From contig BA000048.1 in NCBI GenBank assembly GCA_000270325.1, positions 1,413,481-1,477,480 of the forward strand: a stretch of DNA of 64,000 bases. Reading direction: 5' to 3'. The notes below the pieces were generated by a model that saw only the letters and a program-made list of their open reading frames with translations, was not told where the DNA came from and made no database searches. This stretch comes from Candidatus Caldarchaeum subterraneum (GTDB lineage Archaea; Thermoproteota; Nitrososphaeria_A; Caldarchaeales; Caldarchaeaceae). This document shows positions 19,371 to 26,958 of the stretch, piece by piece (the stretch's first letter is position 1; the number at the start of each line of letters is the position of its first letter). The position numbers and the translations under genes are program-made.

Positions 19371-20423
19371 TTGAACATGCCGAAGATAAGGGATGCGGCT
19401 ATTCACGGTTATGGTTGCTATCTTCCAAGGTATAGATTATCTGGTGAGGAGATTGCAAGGGTATGGGGTAAATCCTCCGCCGAGCTGCCTGTTAAGGAGA
19501 AGGCTGTGGCGGGGCTGGATGAGGACACTATAACCATGGCCGCCGAGGCGGCGCGGATAGCCTTGGCTCGGGCCGGTGTGGAGCCCTCAAAGGTTCAGGC
19601 GGTTCACGTGGGAACAGAGTCCAAACCATACGCCGTCAAGCCTTCTGGAACTCTGGTCGCCGAAATCCTCGGAGTATCCCGCCATGTAACCACCGCCGAT
19701 TTCGAGTTCGCCTGCAAAGCGGGGACAGAGGCTATGCAGATGGTTACCGCTCTCGTCGAGACAGGGAGAATTGAGTTTGGGCTTGCCATAGGGGCGGATA
19801 CCGCGCAGGGGAGGCCGGGTGACGCCCTTGAATACACCGCTGCAAGCGGGGCCGCCGCCTACCTCATAGGACGCAACGGCTCAGACTGTATTGCGAAATT
19901 TGAATACTCGACATCATACGTGTCTGACACGCCCGACTTCTGGAGAAGAAGCTATGAACGGTATCCGATGCATGGGTCCCGCTTCACAGGCGAGCCAGCT
20001 TACTTCCACCACACATTGTCCGCCTTAAAGACCCTGCTAGAAGAAAACGGTTTCACCATCAACGACATAGACTATTTTGTTTTCCACCAGCCCAACGTAA
20101 AATTCCCCCTCGCGGTGTCAAAGATACTTTCCATACCTGTCGAGAAGGTGAAGCCTGGAATTGTTGCGGATGTGGTGGGTAACACTTACGCCGCGTGCTC
20201 GATGATTGGGCTTGCAAAGGTCTTAGACATAGCTAAGCCGGGCCAACGTATAGTGATGACGTCTTATGGCTCGGGAGCCGGGAGCGACTCATTTGTGTTA
20301 ACCGTGTGTGACGGGATTGAGGAGAAACGTGGCAGGGGCCCGACTTTTAGCCAACTTCTCAGCCGTAGAAAACCGATAGATTACTCGACCTATCTAAAGT
20401 TCAGGGAGAAGATAAGGGTGTAG
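19371..20423 (+). CDS. Archaeal hydroxymethylglutaryl-CoA synthase
   Basis: GTESKPYAVKP, EFACKAGT, DFWRR, RFTGEPAYF, HQPN, SYGSGAGSD. Confidence 0.93.
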   Translation: MNMPKIRDAAIHGYGCYLPRYRLSGEEIARVWGKSSAELPVKEKAVAGLDEDTITMAAEAARIALARAGVEPSKVQAVHVGTESKPYAVKPSGTLVAEILGVSRHVTTADFEFACKAGTEAMQMVTALVETGRIEFGLAIGADTAQGRPGDALEYTAASGAAAYLIGRNGSDCIAKFEYSTSYVSDTPDFWRRSYERYPMHGSRFTGEPAYFHHTLSALKTLLEENGFTINDIDYFVFHQPNVKFPLAVSKILSIPVEKVKPGIVADVVGNTYAACSMIGLAKVLDIAKPGQRIVMTSYGSGAGSDSFVLTVCDGIEEKRGRGPTFSQLLSRRKPIDYSTYLKFREKIRV

Positions 20424-20427
20424 CGGG

Positions 20428-21582
20428 TTGCGGGCTGTATTGGTCGGAGCGGGGTTGACGAAGGTGGAGGAGCACTGGGACAAAGGCTTGACAGAGCTTA
20501 TGGCGGAGGCTTCTCTTCAAGCACTCGATTCAGCGGGCGTCTCAACAGTTGACGCGGTATACGTCTCAAACGCGTTCGGACAAGTTTTGCAGGAGCAGTC
20601 AAACATAGGAGCATACCTCGCGGAGGAGCTTGGCATTAGGGGTGTCTCTGCTTCAAGGTTTGAGGCAGGTGGGGCCTCAGGCTTGGCCGCTGTGATAGCC
20701 GCTGTAGCGGCGGTTTCATCCGGTTTATACAAATCTGTTCTCGTTGTCGGCGGCGAGAAAATGTCTGAAGCAACGTCAGAGGATTTCGTGTCGCTGCTCA
20801 CGACTGAAGAGTCGGCCGAATCGGTTGCAGCCCTTGGAGTGACGCAATTGGCGGAGGCGGCTCTGCTCTACAAAGAATACTTGAAACGCAACCGCCTAGA
20901 GCATGAAGATGTTGCATATTTTTCCGTCCTTGGTCACGAGCATTCTCAAACCGCGCCGCATGCACAGTATCAGTTTAGAATCACCCTCGACAACGTAGTA
21001 AACTCGCCCGTCGTGGCTGACCCCATCAGACGACTCGAGACAACCGCTCCAGCAGATGGAGCAGCCGCTGTTTTAATTGCTTCCCGGGAAACGGCCCTAA
21101 AAACGGATGGTTACAGGGCCGTGGTTTCAGGAGTAGGCGCGGCCACCGACTATCTGTCGCCGTTTGACCGAGAGGACCCTCTGTGGCTCAGTAGCTTGTC
21201 GCTGGCTTCTCAGAGGGCTTTGGAACTGGCGGGGAGAAAGGTGTCCGAACTCGATTTTCTGGAGGTTCACGATAGCTATAGCCTGTTGGCGCCGCTTTCG
21301 CTTGAGGCTATTGGGGCGGCTGAGGCTGGTGAACCCTGTCATCTTGCCCGCAAAGGCTGGTGGACGTTGTCCGGAGAGATGCCAGTCAACACCTTCGGTG
21401 GTTTAAAGGGCCGCGGAAACCCAGTCGGGGCCTCTGGCCTCTACGCCTTGGTCGAAAGCTATCTTCAACTGACTGGTCGCGCTGGAAAAAATCAGGTCGA
21501 CGGTGCGAAGGTGGGGATGGTGTCCTCGATGGCTGGGCTGGGCTCGCTAGCGGCAGCCGTTGTCGTGGAGGCGTGGGTGTAG
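20428..21582 (+). CDS. SCP2-type thiolase-family protein (catalytic motifs degenerate)
   Basis: GGEKMS, DGAAA, EVHDSY, NTFGGLKGRGNPVGASG; between HMG-CoA synthase and DUF35 genes. Confidence 0.85.
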   Translation: MRAVLVGAGLTKVEEHWDKGLTELMAEASLQALDSAGVSTVDAVYVSNAFGQVLQEQSNIGAYLAEELGIRGVSASRFEAGGASGLAAVIAAVAAVSSGLYKSVLVVGGEKMSEATSEDFVSLLTTEESAESVAALGVTQLAEAALLYKEYLKRNRLEHEDVAYFSVLGHEHSQTAPHAQYQFRITLDNVVNSPVVADPIRRLETTAPADGAAAVLIASRETALKTDGYRAVVSGVGAATDYLSPFDREDPLWLSSLSLASQRALELAGRKVSELDFLEVHDSYSLLAPLSLEAIGAAEAGEPCHLARKGWWTLSGEMPVNTFGGLKGRGNPVGASGLYALVESYLQLTGRAGKNQVDGAKVGMVSSMAGLGSLAAAVVVEAWV

Positions 21583-21583
21583 T

Positions 21584-21982
21584 ATGTCGACGAGACCATC
21601 CTCTTACTGGCGTCTCCGCCCATATCTCTACAGGCTTGAGGGAAACCGTTGCACACAGTGCGGCCACTTTAACCCGCTCGCGCGAAAGATATGTAGGAAA
21701 TGTGGCTCCCGCCGCCTCGAGCGAGACAGGCTCGCCGGCCGTGGTAAACTAAGGCATTTTACTGTTGTGTATCAGCCTCAGACAGGATTTGAGAAAACGG
21801 TTCCATATGTGGTCGCTTGGGTTGAGATGTCTGACGGAACCCAGATAATAGGCCAAGTTACAGACTGTGAGCCATCGGAACTTTCCGTAGGCATGGATGT
21901 CGAAACGGTTGTGAGAAAAATACGTGTAGATGGTGAGTCTAAGCTGATAGTTTACGGAGTAAAGTTTAGGCCAGTGCTTTAA
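21584..21982 (+). CDS. DUF35 Zn-ribbon/OB-fold thiolase partner
   Basis: CTQC...CRKC zinc ribbon, PYVVAWVEM, YGVKFRP; ATG 21584. Confidence 0.9.
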   Translation: MSTRPSSYWRLRPYLYRLEGNRCTQCGHFNPLARKICRKCGSRRLERDRLAGRGKLRHFTVVYQPQTGFEKTVPYVVAWVEMSDGTQIIGQVTDCEPSELSVGMDVETVVRKIRVDGESKLIVYGVKFRPVL

Positions 21983-22773
21983 CGGTTGGCTAGGCTTTTC
22001 CAGAGAAGAATTACAGCATACTCCCTTGGTATCGATTCTTGCTGAGCTATTTTCTCAATCTCCGCCCTAGCCACGGCCTCGGCCCGCTGTCCATGTGAGA
22101 GAATGTATTTTTTCTTGATTTCTTCGAAGAGCTTGGCCGGCTCCTCTTTGTTGGTGGTTATGTCGGCTATGTTGCGTGGGAGGTCTGAAAGCTGTTTAAC
22201 CATTTCCTCCACCATCTTTAACCTGTTGCGGAGGCTTGCGAGCTTTTTCCGCAGCTCAGGTATCTTGGCCTCCAGCTCCTCTCTGATGCCCACACCTCTG
22301 CCAGAGTCCGAGTCCTTCTCCAGCTGCATCGTGTTGAGCTCTATGCTTGACCAGATAAGCTCCTCCTCGACCTGCGCAAACTCCGACCCTAAAGCCTCTT
22401 TCGCTGCCTTCAACCTCTCCAAGACCTCTCCGCTTTTCTCCAGCAACGCGTTCCTTTTTTCGGCAAGTCTGCTCAGGATATTTCTTACCAGCTGAGGCCT
22501 TAGTTCCTCCATCTTAATGCAGTAAAGCATGAAGTTACGGTCCAAACCGCGTAAACGTTCAATTTCCCGCATAAGTTCATCATACATCTTAAGAGCCTCG
22601 TCAAGCTCGTCGCCGACCGGCTGCTGCGTCACAGCCTCCTCGACAGGCTTCACACTCTCCTCTTTGACAGTTTGTTCCTCTTGTGGTGGTGTGGGAGGAA
22701 CAACCTCTACATCTGGAGATGTCTCAGGCTTCTGCGGCGACGGCTTGATACGGAGAACAATCTTCTTCGGCAA
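21979..22773 (-). CDS. Hypothetical coiled-coil protein with Pro-rich N-terminus
   Basis: PSPQKPETSP...PPTPP then long E/K/L heptad helices; 31 nt downstream of rpn11 on the same strand. Confidence 0.7.
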   Translation of the reverse strand: MPKKIVLRIKPSPQKPETSPDVEVVPPTPPQEEQTVKEESVKPVEEAVTQQPVGDELDEALKMYDELMREIERLRGLDRNFMLYCIKMEELRPQLVRNILSRLAEKRNALLEKSGEVLERLKAAKEALGSEFAQVEEELIWSSIELNTMQLEKDSDSGRGVGIREELEAKIPELRKKLASLRNRLKMVEEMVKQLSDLPRNIADITTNKEEPAKLFEEIKKKYILSHGQRAEAVARAEIEKIAQQESIPREYAVILLWKSLANR

Positions 22774-22804
22774 CCTTCAGCGACCCCGTTCCAGCTGCCT
22801 CCAA

Positions 22805-23413
22805 TTATGCTCCGAATAGCTTTTTAGCTTTTCCCAGCAGACTCTCCTGCTCTTCTGACAAAGGCTTGTCCCTCGTCTTACCAGAGGACTCGCCTAAGAT
22901 ATGCATAAAGTCAAAGGTGCTTAATGCGTGGAAAGTGCTTTCGAGAAGTTTCGCCCGATGCACTCCTATGCTCACGGGAAGGGAGACAACCCTCCCCTCT
23001 TTCGATATCTGGAAAACCTTGAACTTGAGAGAGGAGATTCTTCGTGTTTTGGCATAATCAACGGGGTCCACCACAAGGGCTACAGCCTTGCTGAACATTG
23101 CTTGGTATCGCTTCTGGGTGTCGATGTCCGTTGGCGAAAGAAAAACATCAAGCCCCGGATGCGAATGATACCATCCAACTATGTAGAGGTTTTTATCTGA
23201 TTTGGAGAGTTCTTCTGCAACCTTTGCCATAACCATCTCGTCAAGCTGCACGTAAGCAGGTGTACCGTACTGCTCACCCGTGACAGCATCCCATATCTCG
23301 AGAACCTTTCCTGCCGACTTGCCGACCAGCAAGCCCGCCACTTCACGCTGGAGGCTTGACGCAGCGTGTTTAACCACCTTCGCCAAGGCCAGCGGATAGA
23401 TTCTTACACGCAT
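22805..23413 (-). CDS. rpn11: JAMM/MPN+ metalloprotease, Rpn11-like deubiquitinase
   Basis: EVAGLLVG...VGWYHSHPGLDVFLSPTD JAMM motif, VALVVDP. Confidence 0.93.
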   Translation of the reverse strand: MRVRIYPLALAKVVKHAASSLQREVAGLLVGKSAGKVLEIWDAVTGEQYGTPAYVQLDEMVMAKVAEELSKSDKNLYIVGWYHSHPGLDVFLSPTDIDTQKRYQAMFSKAVALVVDPVDYAKTRRISSLKFKVFQISKEGRVVSLPVSIGVHRAKLLESTFHALSTFDFMHILGESSGKTRDKPLSEEQESLLGKAKKLFGA

Positions 23414-23521
23414 TAGCAGACCATCGTCTAGGACGGTAATAAAAGTGACGCTCCGAGAAACGTTGTTGAATATTACCGAGGTATTTTGTTCACTGGCTCG
23501 AGGTTTGACTTCTGGTTAATC

Positions 23522-23548
23522 CTTATATATGCTGCGGTTGTGAGGAGT
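23522..23548 (+). promoter_or_regulatory. TATA box and SD of the ubiquitin operon
   Basis: CTTATATAT from 23522 and GAGGAG just upstream of ATG 23554. Confidence 0.55.
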
Positions 23549-23553
23549 CCAGA

Positions 23554-23817
23554 ATGAAGATTAAGATTGTTCCCGCTGTCGGAGGAGGTTCACCCTTGGA
23601 GCTCGAGGTTGCTCCAAACGCCACCGTCGGCGCAGTTCGGACGAAGGTTTGCGCTATGAAGAAACTGCCACCCGACACCACCCGCCTAACCTACAAGGGT
23701 AGAGCCCTCAAAGACACCGAAACTCTTGAGAGTCTCGGCGTGGCTGATGGAGACAAATTCGTACTCATCACGCGGACGGTGGGTGGATGTGGAGAGCCAA
23801 TACGTCGAGCTGCCTGA
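23554..23817 (+). CDS. Eukaryote-like ubiquitin precursor (GG plus 9-aa propeptide)
   Basis: Beta-grasp pattern TVGAVRTKV...RLTYKGRALKDTETLESLGVADGDKFVL, RTVGG then CGEPIRRAA. Confidence 0.95.
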   Translation: MKIKIVPAVGGGSPLELEVAPNATVGAVRTKVCAMKKLPPDTTRLTYKGRALKDTETLESLGVADGDKFVLITRTVGGCGEPIRRAA

Positions 23818-24295
23818 AAACGCGTGGTACAGGCGGCTGGCTCTCGAGTATGCTTTGATTCAGGAGAATGAACCCACCTTCACACCCGTCGAAAACGACC
23901 TAACTCATTACGAGGGAGTCATAGTCGGCTCAGGCGAATATGAGGGAGGCTTTTTCAGAGTAGAAATAATCATTCCACGGTCTTACCCATATTTCCCACC
24001 CGATGTTATTTGGCACACACGGATATGGCATCCAAACTTCTCTGACAGCGTCCCCGCAAGAGTCTGTGAATCAATTTTCAAAGACCACTGGTCACCCTCT
24101 CTCCGCATAGTGGCCGTAATCGAGTCTTTGAGAAACCTTTTGACAAACCCCAACCCCGAGGACCCGCTCAACCCCGTCGCAGCATTTGAGTACAAGAACA
24201 GGCCCGACCTCTTCTACAGCCGTGTTAGGCAGTTTGTCGAAACATATGCTACGCCTGAGCAGGCTTTCGGAAAGAAGCGTTGGAAGGGTTTGTAG
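23789..24295 (+). CDS. Ubiquitin-conjugating enzyme E2
   Basis: RRLALEY, YEGGFF...PRSYPYFPP, WHPN and catalytic Cys in RVCESIFKDHWSP, NPEDPLN; start GTG 23789 inferred (ORF track begins 23726). Confidence 0.93.
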   Translation: MESQYVELPENAWYRRLALEYALIQENEPTFTPVENDLTHYEGVIVGSGEYEGGFFRVEIIIPRSYPYFPPDVIWHTRIWHPNFSDSVPARVCESIFKDHWSPSLRIVAVIESLRNLLTNPNPEDPLNPVAAFEYKNRPDLFYSRVRQFVETYATPEQAFGKKRWKGL

Positions 24296-25479
24296 TGTTG
24301 GGTGAGGTTGACGCGCTGTCGAGGTACGATCGCCAGCTACGGCTCGAGGGATGGGACCAGAACAAGCTCCTGTCGGGTAGGGTGATTGTAGCAGGTGTGG
24401 GGGCGCTTGGATGCGAGGTTGCGAAAAACCTCGCTCTTATGGGAGTTGGCGAGCTCCTCCTCATAGACAACGACTATGTCGAGCTTTCCAACCTCAGCAG
24501 ACAGATGCTCTACACCGACCAAGACATAGGAAGACCAAAAGCCTCTACGGCTGAGAAAAAAATATCCTTGATGAATCCTCTCGTGAAGGCGAAAGGCCTG
24601 CACACAGATGTCCGAAAAATCCCCGAGGAAACCTTCGCCGAGGCCGATGTCATAGTCTCAGCCGTCGACAACTGGCCGACAAGAAGATGGATGAACTCGA
24701 TGGCGGTGCATGTCGGAACTCCGCTTGTCGACGTAGCCACCGACGGCTACTATGGAAATGTTCAAACAGTGATACCCGGTGTCACCAGCTGCCTGGAATG
24801 CCATGCAGAGGCCCTTATTCCCTCGGACATACAGGCCTCGGAATGCTCTCTACGCCGCCGCACCCCAAACGACCTCGTCAAAGACCTTAGTGAACGAGGC
24901 ATATCAATAAACTTGTCCGATGCCGAGACTCTCTTCCAACACAACATCAAAACAGTCTACGACATCAAGTTCGCGCCGCAGACAGTGTTGGATCAAATGG
25001 ATAAGTCACTCAGAGAACAAGTCATCCAGCTCCGTTCACTGCTTAACCCCAAGATGCCCGCTCTACAGAGCATATCAGCAACCGTCTCAGGCCTTGCCTC
25101 GTTCGAAGTAGTCCGTTTACTTCATAAAGGTTCTCTGGGCAGGTCGTTGAACGGTATGATGGTTTTCGACGGGCTGAGGGGGAGGCTTTCGCGTATAAAG
25201 CTGGAGAGAAACGTGAACTGCCACGTATGCGGCTACAGCGAGGACAAGCCTGTGCAGATAAATGTTGCGCCTAACGAAACTATCGCCGACCTAAGAGAGA
25301 GAATATCCAACCTTCTAATGTTTCCTGACACCCGTTTACAACACGGCGCAAAACTATTGGATGACACGGCTGATATTACATCGGCAGGCATATGTGATGG
25401 AGACATACTTTATATCCATTCAAGCAGGAGAGCAACACCGGTGGCTGTGAAGGTGAAGCTGATTGAGGCTGGTGATTAG
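24280..25479 (+). CDS. Ubiquitin-activating enzyme E1 (ThiF/MoeB fold with C-terminal Ub-fold domain)
   Basis: RYDRQ, GVGALGCE, DNDYVELSNLSRQ, CLEC/CHVC Zn pair, candidate catalytic Cys in SECSLR, Ub-like C-terminus. Confidence 0.93.
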   Translation: MEGFVVLGEVDALSRYDRQLRLEGWDQNKLLSGRVIVAGVGALGCEVAKNLALMGVGELLLIDNDYVELSNLSRQMLYTDQDIGRPKASTAEKKISLMNPLVKAKGLHTDVRKIPEETFAEADVIVSAVDNWPTRRWMNSMAVHVGTPLVDVATDGYYGNVQTVIPGVTSCLECHAEALIPSDIQASECSLRRRTPNDLVKDLSERGISINLSDAETLFQHNIKTVYDIKFAPQTVLDQMDKSLREQVIQLRSLLNPKMPALQSISATVSGLASFEVVRLLHKGSLGRSLNGMMVFDGLRGRLSRIKLERNVNCHVCGYSEDKPVQINVAPNETIADLRERISNLLMFPDTRLQHGAKLLDDTADITSAGICDGDILYIHSSRRATPVAVKVKLIEAGD

Positions 25480-25690
25480 AGAGGTCAACGCAGGGTTTTG
25501 GAACCCCTTTGAGGAGCCGAAGCCAAGGCCGAAGCAAGAGAACTGTGTAATTTGTGGCCTGGAGATGGGGAATGAAAAAACATATTCATGTCCTCACTGT
25601 GGAGCAGTTGGTCACATGTCGTGTTTCGACGACTGGCTGGTGGTGAAGCAGACGTGCCCGCTTTGCCGCAGGCCGCTGGTAGAGATGTGA
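25463..25690 (+). CDS. Small RING finger protein, E3 ligase
   Basis: C-x2-C-x11-C-x2-C-x4-H-x2-C-x10-C-x2-C with CFDDWL and CPLCR. Confidence 0.9.
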   Translation: MRLVIREVNAGFWNPFEEPKPRPKQENCVICGLEMGNEKTYSCPHCGAVGHMSCFDDWLVVKQTCPLCRRPLVEM

Positions 25691-25691
25691 G

Positions 25692-26003
25692 ATGAGCGGA
25701 GAAGAAAACGAGAAAGTAATCGAGCTGGACTATTTGGAGACGCCGAAAGGAGCAGTAGCAAGGTTCGAGGGTGTCCGGCAGCTGGCTGAGGTTCTTGCAG
25801 AGGTTATCGAGGAAATTGACAAGATGAAAGAGCGGCTGCAAACACTGTCCGAAAGCAGTCAGACTCCCGAGAACCTCGAGCGCAGGCTGAAATACATAGA
25901 GGACCAGCTGATTGTGCTTAGCGACGACGTGAGAGAGATATTAAACGCCCTCGGGGAGTTGTCTGCGACGGTTGCGCAGATAAAAAAGGCTTTGAAGCTA
26001 TGA
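25692..26003 (+). CDS. Small coiled-coil protein at the end of the ubiquitin operon
   Basis: Starts 1 nt after the RING stop; two heptad-repeat helices. Confidence 0.7.
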   Translation: MSGEENEKVIELDYLETPKGAVARFEGVRQLAEVLAEVIEEIDKMKERLQTLSESSQTPENLERRLKYIEDQLIVLSDDVREILNALGELSATVAQIKKALKL

Positions 26004-26831
26004 TGTCAGGAAGGCTCGTCTCATCTCTGTGATTAGCTCGTTAAGTTCGGTTCGACGTCTCTCCATCTCAGCTATCTCTCTGGCCAGCGTCTCCTTGTAG
26101 GCTTCCAGCTTCTTAACCTCCTCCCTCAACTTGTTGGAAGTCTCTATCAAAGTCTCCGCTTCTGCCTTGCTTTTCTCCAGAGCTGCTAGACGCTCCTCAA
26201 GCTCCCTCTCCCTGCGTATCATCCTCTCCATCCTTATCTCCCGCAGCTTAAACAGCTTATCCATCTCTCTTCCAAAGTTTTCAAGCTTTTTCTGAGCCTC
26301 CTCAAATGATGTGAGGTAGCGTTCCGACAGGATGTTTATCTCTGTCTCGAGCGCTTCTTTCTTGGTGATAAGCTGCTTCAGCGTCTCCTGCGCCTCCGCT
26401 ATCTGCTTCTCCTTTGACTCAAGCTCCTCACGCCACTTCAGAACCTCCTCGCGAAGCCTAGACAAGCTCTCCCTCTCCTGCATAAGCCTCTGAACTTCCT
26501 TAACCAGCTCAGCACGCTGGTTCGACAAAAGGTCAGCCGTCTCATGCAAGCTCTCACTAAGCGACTTGACCTCCTCCGTTAACCCCCTATACGAGTCCAG
26601 CGCCTGGTCCAGAAGATACGCCTTCTCGACAACAGACTGCAGGGATGACAGAGTTCTCTGAGGAGATGAAACCTGCTCAAGAACCTGGCGGACATCCTCC
26701 TTGAGCTTGGCCAAGGCTTCTTCGAGCAGGCTTATTCTTTCTTCAAGCTTTTCTATGACCTGTACCCTTATGGCCGCGACCTCTTTACGGAGGTCGGCTA
26801 TGCTGTCTGACTTTCTCGGCAGCAGACCCAT
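25998..26831 (-). CDS. Long coiled-coil protein
   Basis: Almost entirely E/K/R/L heptads; ATG 26831 preferred because TTTATAA lies about 25 nt upstream on the minus strand (ORF track starts 26906). Confidence 0.75.
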   Translation of the reverse strand: MGLLPRKSDSIADLRKEVAAIRVQVIEKLEERISLLEEALAKLKEDVRQVLEQVSSPQRTLSSLQSVVEKAYLLDQALDSYRGLTEEVKSLSESLHETADLLSNQRAELVKEVQRLMQERESLSRLREEVLKWREELESKEKQIAEAQETLKQLITKKEALETEINILSERYLTSFEEAQKKLENFGREMDKLFKLREIRMERMIRRERELEERLAALEKSKAEAETLIETSNKLREEVKKLEAYKETLAREIAEMERRRTELNELITEMRRAFLTS

Positions 26832-26958
26832 GGCTGAATTTGGGGTCTGCATGATTATAAACCCTACTTGGTAGTGTAAGATAGAGAATGGCCAAGTATT
26901 GTTCAAAGGTTTTCGTGGGGCATGTTTTTATAAGGTGGGGCATCTGGGTTTAATCGGC

